Shown piece after piece: positions 27,992 through 36,285 of a stretch of 64,000 bases of DNA. Where the stretch lies: contig CAVSGM010000001.1 in assembly GCA_963727485.1 (NCBI GenBank), positions 896,001 to 960,000 on the forward strand, in the 5' to 3' direction. The DNA is from an uncultured delta proteobacterium. Its GTDB lineage: Bacteria; Myxococcota; Myxococcia; SLRQ01. The translations under genes and the position numbers were made by a program. How positions within the stretch are numbered: position 1 is the stretch's first letter; every line of letters starts with the position of its first letter. Below the pieces are notes generated by a model. That model did no database searches and was not told the DNA's origin. It was given only the letters and a program-made list of their open reading frames with translations.

Positions 27992-28900
27992 ATGACCCAC
28001 CGCCCAGCGCGCTGGCGACCGGCCGCGCTCATCGCCGCGCTCACCGTCGTCGTCGCACCGACCGCCGCGTTCGCCGCCGACGCCGGCTTCCACAGCCGCC
28101 AGCGCGGCGCGGTCGTCCTCGGGAGCGTCGACATCACGCCCGTGGGCGACGCGCTCCTCGGCCACCTCGGCGGCCAGTGGTCGGAGATCGAGACCGTCCA
28201 GTCCCGGAAGTGGCTTCTCCAGTGGGACGGAATGGCGACCCTCACCGGCGGCGTGCTCGGCCAGACGCACCCGTACACGACGATGGTCGGCATCGAGGCC
28301 TCGGGCTTCTTCGAGGGCGGCTGGCGGCTGAAGCCGGCCCACGCCTGGAGCCTCTACCTCGGCGGGCGGCTCTCGCTCAACGGCGTGGTGATGCCGCCCT
28401 GGGGCACCGCGCTGGGGGACCTGAACACGGTGAACAGCGTCGCCGGCGTCGGCGGGGCGTTCCTCGAGGGCGGGCTCCGGGTGGCGGCGGGCACCTCGTT
28501 CATCTCGGGGCGCAGCGGGTTCCTGGCGGCGGTTTTCGTGGGCGAGTCCGCCTGGACGCCCCAGGTGAACCTCCCGGCCGCGGCGTTCACCGACCTCGGG
28601 GTCATGGTCCGCTACGACCTCGCCGGCTCCTGGATGCTCTCGGGCGAGGGGCGCTGGGGCACGACCCCGGCCATCACCCACGCCAAGCTCGACTACCACG
28701 ACCAGACGACCCACCTCGGCTTCTCCCTCGACCTCCGGAAGATCTTCGGCAACGGGATGTGGCTCGCCCTGCGCCTCCACGACGACCTGGTCTCCGACTA
28801 CCAGACCTACGCCGGGAGCGGCGCCACCTACCACACCGCCGGGCCCGCCAAGCTCGGCGCGGTGATCCTCTACGGCATCGGGCTCGGAGGCCAGTCATGA
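27992..28900 (+). CDS. Hypothetical exported protein, beta-strand rich (possible outer-membrane barrel)
   Basis: Signal peptide ending AFA; alternating aromatic/Gly strands; ATGA overlap with the next gene. Confidence 0.6.
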   Translation: MTHRPARWRPAALIAALTVVVAPTAAFAADAGFHSRQRGAVVLGSVDITPVGDALLGHLGGQWSEIETVQSRKWLLQWDGMATLTGGVLGQTHPYTTMVGIEASGFFEGGWRLKPAHAWSLYLGGRLSLNGVVMPPWGTALGDLNTVNSVAGVGGAFLEGGLRVAAGTSFISGRSGFLAAVFVGESAWTPQVNLPAAAFTDLGVMVRYDLAGSWMLSGEGRWGTTPAITHAKLDYHDQTTHLGFSLDLRKIFGNGMWLALRLHDDLVSDYQTYAGSGATYHTAGPAKLGAVILYGIGLGGQS

Positions 28901-30282
28901 GCACCCAGACCCCTCGCACCCGCCGCCGCAGCGGCCTGGCGCCCCTGGTCCTCCTCGCGACCCTGGTGGCGGGCTGCTTCGGCGCCCCCCAGCAGGCCGA
29001 CTGGGGCCTCGGGCGCATCAACGACATGAAGACGCCCCCGGACGACCCGTCGCTCGCCTGCGGCGTCCAGCTCCCGGCGGACACCCTGGCCGCCAAGCGG
29101 AAGGCCTGCAGCTTCGACACCGGGGCGCTCCCGGAGACCACCCTGGGCATCCCCGCGGCCACCGCCGCCAAGATCCCCATCCGGCACCTCATCATCGTGA
29201 TGAAGGAGAACCGGAGCTTCGACCACCTCCTCGGCGCGCTCCACGACGAGGGGCAGCCGGACACCGACGCCATCCCCGCGGACTTCACCAACGACGACCT
29301 CTCCGGCAAGGCGGTGCACTTCACGCACTCGACCAACACCTGCATCGACCAGGATCCCGGCCACCAGAGCCAGGGGATGTCGGCGAGCGTCGACGGCGGG
29401 AAGATGGACGGCTTCGTGAAGAACGCCGCGAGGACCACGCCCACCGACGGCCACTTCGTGATGACCTACTACCAGGACACGGAGCTGCCCTTCGACTACT
29501 GGCTGGCCAAGACCTGGGCGCTCGCCGACCGGCACTTCGCCCCGGTGGTCAGCGGCACCTTCGCCAACCGGACCTACATGATGTTCGGGCAGAACTACGG
29601 CGTGGTGGACACCGGCATCGTCTATCCGCGGCCGAACACGCCGTCGATCTTCCAGCTGCTGATGAACGCCGGCTACACCTGGGGGGCGTACTCGGACGGT
29701 GGGCCCCTGAGCGACACCCTGGGCTGGACCGCGAAGGACCCGGGCGTCCACTCCATGGCCGACCTCTACAAGGCCCTGGACAACGGGACCCTGCCCAACG
29801 TCGCCTTCGTCGACGGCACCGAGTACATCACCGACGACCACCCCGACGCCGACCTCCAGAAGGGCGAGGTGTGGCTGAAGCAGATCTACGACCACGTGGT
29901 CGCGAGCCCCCAGTGGGACCGGCTGGCGATGATCTGGACCTACGACGAGGGCGGCGGCTTCGCCGACCACGTGAAGCCGCCGAACGCCTGCCGCGCCACC
30001 CCCGACTCGCCCTACACCATGATGGGGCCCCGGGTGCCGCTGGTGGTCATCTCGCCCTGGGCCAAGCGCCACTTCGTCTCCCACGTGGCCAGCGACCACA
30101 CGGCGATCACCCGGCTGGTGGAGCTGCTCTTCCATCTGCCGGCCATGACCGCCCGCGACGCCAACTCCACCGCGCTGCTCAATCTGTTCGACTTCTCGTG
30201 CGGGCGGAACCAGAGCGTGCCCCCGGCGCCCGACCCGGGCACCGGCGACTGCACCACGCCGACGCCGCCGGGGACGCATTAG
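28897..30282 (+). CDS. Phospholipase C / phosphoesterase family lipoprotein
   Basis: Lipobox LVAGC; IRHLIIVMKENRSFDH, DPGH, GKMDGF, TFANR, DDHP, TYDEGGGF.DHV.PP, GPRVP..VISPW, DHT. Confidence 0.9.
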   Translation: MSTQTPRTRRRSGLAPLVLLATLVAGCFGAPQQADWGLGRINDMKTPPDDPSLACGVQLPADTLAAKRKACSFDTGALPETTLGIPAATAAKIPIRHLIIVMKENRSFDHLLGALHDEGQPDTDAIPADFTNDDLSGKAVHFTHSTNTCIDQDPGHQSQGMSASVDGGKMDGFVKNAARTTPTDGHFVMTYYQDTELPFDYWLAKTWALADRHFAPVVSGTFANRTYMMFGQNYGVVDTGIVYPRPNTPSIFQLLMNAGYTWGAYSDGGPLSDTLGWTAKDPGVHSMADLYKALDNGTLPNVAFVDGTEYITDDHPDADLQKGEVWLKQIYDHVVASPQWDRLAMIWTYDEGGGFADHVKPPNACRATPDSPYTMMGPRVPLVVISPWAKRHFVSHVASDHTAITRLVELLFHLPAMTARDANSTALLNLFDFSCGRNQSVPPAPDPGTGDCTTPTPPGTH

Positions 30283-30319
30283 GCGGGAGGCTCACAGGCA
30301 CCCGGCCAGGAGCACCGCG

Positions 30320-30636
30320 GTGGCCGCGCTCCTGGTGATGGCCGCCGGCTGTGCGCCCTTCAAGAGCTATCGGCTCCCGGTCGACGCCAGCGACGCGCAT
30401 TGGACGTTCGCGCCCCTGGCGTCGGTGGCGAGCAACCTGGGGCTGCGCTACGTCGTCATCGACGAGGCCGAGGTGCCCGCGGCCCGGCGGGAGGCGAAGT
30501 TCGCCTGGGCCAAGAAGAAGGCGGATGCCGTCTGGAAGAAGGCGATGGCGGTGATGCGCAGCACCGGGGCGATGGCGCCGGCCGGGCGCCGCCGCCGAGC
30601 CCGAGCGTCAACATCAACGTCAACGTGAACGACTAG
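30320..30636 (+). pseudogene. Degenerate small lipoprotein gene remnant
   Basis: LVMAAGC lipobox; ends ..PPPPSPSVNINVNVND in another frame. Confidence 0.35.
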
Positions 30637-30802
30637 GCGGTGTCGCTCGCACGGGGCGCTCGGCCCGCGACACCTCCCGCCTGGTGCAGGTGCGAACGCG
30701 TTGGCGTGCCGGATGGCGAGCGGTCTCTTCAGTAGAATCCCCGTGCCTGCTACAGCCTTTGTAGCCGGAGACCGATGGCGGCCACGGATGGAGGGGGGGG
30801 CA

Positions 30803-32020
30803 ATGCGAGGCAAGCTTCATCGCAGGTTTCCGTTTGCGGCAATCGTGTCTCTGCTGGTGCTCGCATTGGCCTCTGCGTCCGCGCCGGCCGCAGCCGACGC
30901 GGGCCCCAAGCTGCCGGGCTGGTTCCCGCGCAGGGCACGTCAACATCGGCGGCAGCCTGGTCTACGAGGCGTACGGGGAGGCAGCTTCTCCGACGGCTAA
31001 GGGCAAGACCGTTCACTACCGGGGGGCGTACTGGAAGGCCGGGGTCTGGCTGCCCAAGCGGCATCCCGGAGACTGGAAGGAGGCGTCCGCGGCGGTGATC
31101 GCCGGCTTGAAGCGGCAGGGCTACGTCGTGGACTACCACCACCAGGGCTCCTCGGTGGCGGAGGCCAGCTTCCACAAGGGCCGCGGCGACGGCTCCTGGC
31201 ATGTGGCGTTCTCCACCGAGAAGTACAACCGGGCGCTGCGTCGGCCAGGGCACGTCTCGCCCGTGAAGCCCGAGGTCGAGCCGCTGGCCGAGACGAAAGC
31301 GCCTGGCACGAGCGCAGACATTCCGGGCGCTTGGCCGCGAGCTCCCACGGAGGGCGAGCCCATGTACTTCGGCGACGAGGTGGACATGCCCTCGACCGCA
31401 CCTCTCGCAGGATTGGATGTTACGAGGCCAGCAGCGGCTGGTGGTCACGCTGGGCGAGAAGAAGAAGGGCTTCCTACGCCGCGCCCTCGTCGCTGGCCGC
31501 CGGAAGTTGAAGCTCCTGGCCGCAGACCAGAAGGCGAGCTGGTTCTTCTGACCTGACACCGCTGCCCGGCTGGAGGCTCTCGCACACCAAGCACAGCAGC
31601 CAGCGCTGCTCGTGTACGGTGCCAATGGCGCCAAGGGAGAGCTGGAGGGAAGCGGCTCCATCAGCAAGGTTTACCTGGAAGACAAGCCTTCACCAACGAC
31701 CAGTTCAAGCTCGCCTACGAGCAGGCGCTGGCCAAGGCCGGCTGGACCATTGGCGACAAGAAGAAGGAGCAGGGCTTTCTCGATGCCCACTACGGACAAG
31801 AATGGTCGGGACATTTGGATCGCCTGTACCGGAGCGGGCACCCCACCTTCACGGTCTCCGACGTTGGACTAGCCTCAAGGCGGCCCTGGCCAAGGGCTGC
31901 AAGGTGCCCGTGTACGGCGTGAACTTCGACTTCAACAAGGCGACGCTACGCCCCGATGCCAAGCCGGTGCTGGAGCAGGTCCTGGCGCTGTTCAAGGACG
32001 ACCGGGCCCTGAAGGTCGGA
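30803..32020 (+). pseudogene. OmpA-family protein pseudogene (multiple frameshifts/stops, truncated OmpA_C domain)
   Basis: Signal peptide MRGKLH..AAADA; fragments in three frames; YGVNFDFNKATLRPDAKPVLEQV..L; atypical codon use. Confidence 0.7.
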
Positions 32021-32038
32021 TCGGTGGGCACACTTCTA

Positions 32039-33001
32039 CTATCGTGGGATAGCGTCCCGATGATTCTTGAGCGCACGGACTTGAGGTCGGGCTGACGACG
32101 CTGGGTACCGTTGGGCACGAGATACAGGGTCGCGAGGGTTGGCCGCCCCCGGAGCCGCTGTCGCGGGCGGCCCCCGAGAGGCCGAGCGCATCTCGACGTC
32201 GCCGATGGTCACCGGCTCGAGCGCCGCGTAGTCCGTGCGCCGCCACTTGAGGTGCGACAGCTTGCGGAGCTCCGGCGCCTCGGCCTCCACCAGCAGCTTC
32301 AGCGCCTCGAGCACCACCCGGCGCTGCTGGTCGGCGCGGCCCTTCTCACCGGTCGCATGCCCGAAGGGAAAGCGCACGAAGGCCACCCGGGGCGGGTTCG
32401 CCTTCAGCGAGTAGGCCTCGGAGATCGAGAGGGTCACCGTGGGAATCCCCACGGCCTCGATGGATTGGGCGACCAGACCGGCCGTCAGGTTGCACGTGCC
32501 TCAGGCAGGCACCAGGAGCACCGCGTCCACCGCGGCGCCCTGCATCAGGCCGGCGACCTCGGGGCCGGTCTGGTACTCCATGCGCCGCAGCTCCTTGTCC
32601 TCCACGTGGCCCATGAGGCCCGCGGCCACGGGGGCCAGGGAGCCGACCACGCCCTCGTCGACCAGCTCGCGGACGCGGCTGACCGGGAGCACCAGGTCCA
32701 GGTCCTCCCGGGCGTCGGTGGGGTCGTACCAGTCGTGGGTGATCTCGTACTCGGCGGGGAGCCGCGAGACGTCGAGCTCGCGCCAGCTCCCGTCGCCCTG
32801 GGGCGAGTCCGCCTGGCGCTTGAAGGGCGGCTGGTCCGGGTGGTGCACGCCCCCGGTGGTCACCAGCCCCAGGCGGACCTCGGACAGGGGCTTCGTCAGA
32901 TGGGCGAAGGGTGGGGCGTCGCGTTCTTCGTGCGACCGGGCCCACATGCGCTCGGTGACCGGCACGTTCACGAAGGCCCAACGGATGAGACGCTCGAACA
33001 T
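32039..33001 (-). CDS. Selenoprotein of the D-proline/glycine reductase B (PrdB/GrdB-like) family; UGA at 32503-32501 read as Sec
   Basis: PF..L.KPLSE.RLGLVTTGGVH..DQPPF, D.S.R, H..YD, D...V.P..R..EL, VDAVLLVPA-U-GTC..GL....IE..GIPTV, PPR.....FPFG; both halves in frame; 3' end uncertain. Confidence 0.88.
32462..32500 (-). promoter_or_regulatory. Putative bacterial SECIS element
   Basis: UGA GGC ACG UGC AAC CUG ACG GCC GGU CUG GUC GCC: GGCC/GGUC stem with a GGUCU apex 21 nt after the UGA. Confidence 0.6.
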
Positions 33002-33145
33002 CGTGCCCGCTGTTATAGGGCGGAGCGAGCGCGGATCCACCCCGGATTCCGCACGATCCGGCCCGGGTTCCCCTCGCGCCCGCGACGCTCGCCAGTGGGC
33101 GACGGCCGTGGCAGACTCCTCGGCGATGCGACGGGGGGTGCCACG

Positions 33146-33488
33146 ATGAAGGTCGTCGCGGGCGTGATGGCCGTGCTCCTGGCGGGCCTGGGGATCGTCT
33201 TCCTCGCCGGGAACCAGGGCCTCGTGGGGCGCATCGTCCTCGGGGCCGTGCTCCTGGTGGCCGCGGTGGTGCTCCTGGTGGTCATGCGCCTGCGGCCCCA
33301 GGTCACCGAGCGCAACATCGTCCAGAAGATTCGACGTCTCCGGCCGGATCGAGGCCAAGGCCCTGACCTGCCAGAAGTGCGGCGCCACCCTCGACGAGTC
33401 GTCGGTGAGCGTGAAGGCCGGCGCCATCTTCGTCGACTGTCCCTACTGCAAGCAGAGCTACCAGCTCGAGGAGGCGCCCAAGTGGTAG
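33146..33488 (+). CDS. Small 2-TM membrane protein with C-terminal Zn-ribbon (frameshift near 33330)
   Basis: Two hydrophobic helices, then QKIDVSGRIEAKALTCQKCGA...CPYCKQSYQLEEAPKW after removing one base. Confidence 0.8.
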
Positions 33489-35005
33489 CCGACGTCCTCT
33501 CCCGCGCGGCCCGGGCCGTGCGCTCCGATCTCTCCGGCTTCGCCGCGGCGCTGGGCGGCGGCAAGGGCACCGGCCCCGCTCCCGGTCTCCACACCTACGA
33601 CTTCGAGGGGAACGGCGGGCGCACCCGGCTCCACCTGCGCGCCCAGCCCGACGGCACCGGGCTCCTCTTCGTCGACGTCACCGACGTCCTCCACCTCTCG
33701 GGCGCCGCGACCATGCTCGCCTGGCTCGCCCTGGAGGACGTGCCCGAGGCGCGCGCCCTGGCCACCCTGGCGCGGCGGTACCGGGGCCGCACCCGCGGCG
33801 AGCTGGCCGCGGACTACCGGCGGATGCGCGAGGTGGTGGCGAGCCTGGCCAGCCCGGGCGAGGGCTGCCGCACCTGCCAGCTCGACCTCCCCAAGACCCC
33901 CCTCTTCGCCACCCGGGCCCAGGCGCCCCACAAGGTCGACCTGGCGCTCACCTACGCCTGCAACAACGACTGCCCCCACTGCTACAACGAGCCCTCGCGC
34001 TTCGATCTCGACTCCCTCGACGCCGCCGGCTGGCGGCGCGTCCTCGACCAGCTTGCGAGCGTCGGCGTCCCCCAGGTCGATCTTCACCGGCGGCGAGGCG
34101 ACCCTGCACCCGGCGCTCCCCGAGCTCATCGCCCACGCCAGCGACCTGGGGATGATTGTCGGCCTCAACACCAACGGCCGGCGGATCTCGCACCTGAGTA
34201 CATGCAGGCGCTCGCCGCCGCCGGCCTCGACCACGTGCAGGTGACCCTGGAGAGCCACCGGCCCGAGGTCCACGACGCCATGGTCCACGCCCGGGCCTTC
34301 CACCAGACCGTCCGCGGCATCGAGGCGGCGCTCGCCGCCGGCGTCCACGCCATCACCAACACCACCATCACCCGCCTCAACGCCGGCGAGATCGAGGAGA
34401 CCGTGGACTTCCTCCACGAGCTCGGCCTCGACACCTTCGCCATGAACGGGATGATCTACTCCGGCGGCGGCGAGGACACCCCCGACGCCATCCCCGCCGA
34501 CCGCATGGCGCCCATCCTGGTGCAGGTGCGCGACCGCGCCGCCGAGCACGGCATGCGCTTCCTCTGGTACACGGTCACCGAGTACTGCGAGATGTCCCCG
34601 GTGGAGCTGGAGGTCGGCGCCAAGCGCTGCAACGCCGGCGAGTACTCCATGTGCGTCGAGCCCACCGGCGACGTGCTCCCCTGCCAGAGCTACTACACCA
34701 GCGCCGGCAACCTCCTGCGCGACCCCTGGGAGCAGATCTGGAAGGGCGCGCTCTTCCGCTCCTTCCGCGACCGGGAGACCGACCCCGTCCTCGCCGGCCT
34801 CCCCGACAAGTGCCAGAGCTGCCCCGACCTCCCGGTGTGCGGCGGCGGCTGCCGCATCGAGCGCGAGGTCCGCGAGGGCACCGCCCCGGGCGGGTGCCAG
34901 AGCTGCGCCACCGGGGGCGTCCACTCGAGCGGCGTGCGCTCCAGCGGCTGCAGCGCCGCCACGCCCGAGACCCCCCTGGTCCAGATCGGAGGTGCCGGAT
35001 GCTGA
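33482..35005 (+). CDS. Radical SAM/SPASM enzyme with N-terminal RRE/PqqD-like extension (frameshifts near 34079 and 34197)
   Basis: LTYACNNDCPHCY, IFTGGE, NTNG, SPASM CNAG..C.EP.G..LPC and CQSCPDLPVCGGGC. Confidence 0.92.
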   Translation: MVADVLSRAARAVRSDLSGFAAALGGGKGTGPAPGLHTYDFEGNGGRTRLHLRAQPDGTGLLFVDVTDVLHLSGAATMLAWLALEDVPEARALATLARRYRGRTRGELAADYRRMREVVASLASPGEGCRTCQLDLPKTPLFATRAQAPHKVDLALTYACNNDCPHCYNEPSRFDLDSLDAAGWRRVLDQLASVGVPQVDLHRRRGDPAPGAPRAHRPRQRPGDDCRPQHQRPADLAPEYMQALAAAGLDHVQVTLESHRPEVHDAMVHARAFHQTVRGIEAALAAGVHAITNTTITRLNAGEIEETVDFLHELGLDTFAMNGMIYSGGGEDTPDAIPADRMAPILVQVRDRAAEHGMRFLWYTVTEYCEMSPVELEVGAKRCNAGEYSMCVEPTGDVLPCQSYYTSAGNLLRDPWEQIWKGALFRSFRDRETDPVLAGLPDKCQSCPDLPVCGGGCRIEREVREGTAPGGCQSCATGGVHSSGVRSSGCSAATPETPLVQIGGAGC

Positions 35006-36285
35006 AGAAGACCTTCAAGCGGTCCCTCATGGTCGAGCGGGCCGGCGGCGAGGCCCCCGAGCCGGGGCTCCATTCGTTCACCGGCGAGGCCGACGGCCGG
35101 GCGGTGCGCTACCACCTGCGGGTGGAGCCCGACGGCGCCGGGCTGCTCCTCGCCGACGCCGCCCGGGCCCTGCGCCTCTCGCCGGTGGGCGTCGCCGCCG
35201 CCGCGGGGATCCTCGGGGGCGAGACCCACGCCGCCGTCGCCGGTCACCTCCGCCGCCTGTTCAAGGGGGTCACCAAGGCGCGCCTCGTGGCGGACGTCGC
35301 CGCCGTCGAGGCCGCCATCGAGGGCCTCTCGCGCCCGGGGCACGACGGCCCGGTGGACAGCCTCGACGACCCCACCGCCACCGCGCGCACCCGGGCCCTC
35401 TCGGCGCCCCTGTGCGCCGACGTCCGCCTCGGCGAGGTCGCCACCGGCGAGACCGTGCTCCGGCGCCTCTGGGACGCCGGCGTCCCCCAGGTCGTCGTGG
35501 TGGTGCCCGAGTCACCGGACCCCGCCGCCCTCACGCGCCTGGTGGAGCTCGCCGGCGACCTGGGGATGATCACCGGCGTCCGCGGCCGGGCCACCGAGCT
35601 CCTGGGCGACGGGCTCCTGGAGTCCCTGGTCCAGGCGGGCCTCGACCACGTGGACCTCGCCTTCGCCGGCGACGCCGCGGTCCACGACCGCCTCTTCGGC
35701 GCAGGCGACCACAAGGCTGCCGCCACCGTCTTCGAGGCGGCGCGGGCGAGCGAGGTCTTCAGCGTGGCCGTGGTCCCCCTGGTCGAGGACACCGCTCACG
35801 ACCTCGACGCCGTCCTCGAGGCGGCCCAGGCCCTCGGCGCCGGGGCCGCCGTGGCCCACGCCGTGGTCCAACCGGGGGGCGCCACCCGGGCCCTGGCCCC
35901 GGAGGCCCTGCGCCAGGCGGCGGCGAGCTGCGAGGACTTCGCCGACACCCGCGGCCTCAAGGTCGTCTTCGCCACCCCCACCGCCATCGCCAGCGACGTC
36001 GACCTCGAGGCCGCCGTCCGTGCTGGCCCCCGGGCCTCGGGCGAGGGAACCCTCGCCGTCGACGCCGCCGGCCGGGTGCTCCCACCCCGGGGCGACGCCG
36101 CGCCGGTGGGCGACCTCGCCACCACCGAGGTCGCCGCCGTCTGGGCGGCCCCGTGCTTCGCCCCCTGGCGCGAGCCCACCGCGCCCCCCGAGCGCTGCGA
36201 CGCCTGCCCGGGGCTCACCACCTGCGACGCCGGCTGCCCCAGCGCCGAGACCTCGTGGGCCCGCCACCCGGGAGGTGCCTCGTGA
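34999..36285 (+). CDS. Degenerate radical SAM/SPASM paralogue lacking CxxxCxxC
   Basis: Colinear with the upstream enzyme (PGLH, HLR..PDG.GLL, GVPQV, DLGMI.G, AGLDHV, VHD); only CDACPGLTTCDAGC is retained. Confidence 0.82.
   Translation: MLKKTFKRSLMVERAGGEAPEPGLHSFTGEADGRAVRYHLRVEPDGAGLLLADAARALRLSPVGVAAAAGILGGETHAAVAGHLRRLFKGVTKARLVADVAAVEAAIEGLSRPGHDGPVDSLDDPTATARTRALSAPLCADVRLGEVATGETVLRRLWDAGVPQVVVVVPESPDPAALTRLVELAGDLGMITGVRGRATELLGDGLLESLVQAGLDHVDLAFAGDAAVHDRLFGAGDHKAAATVFEAARASEVFSVAVVPLVEDTAHDLDAVLEAAQALGAGAAVAHAVVQPGGATRALAPEALRQAAASCEDFADTRGLKVVFATPTAIASDVDLEAAVRAGPRASGEGTLAVDAAGRVLPPRGDAAPVGDLATTEVAAVWAAPCFAPWREPTAPPERCDACPGLTTCDAGCPSAETSWARHPGGAS

Noticed and set aside
32111..35005. 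964-aa ORF as one radical SAM protein
   Set aside because: Its N-terminal part is the antisense shadow of the selenoprotein gene, and it also absorbs the separate 33146 membrane gene.
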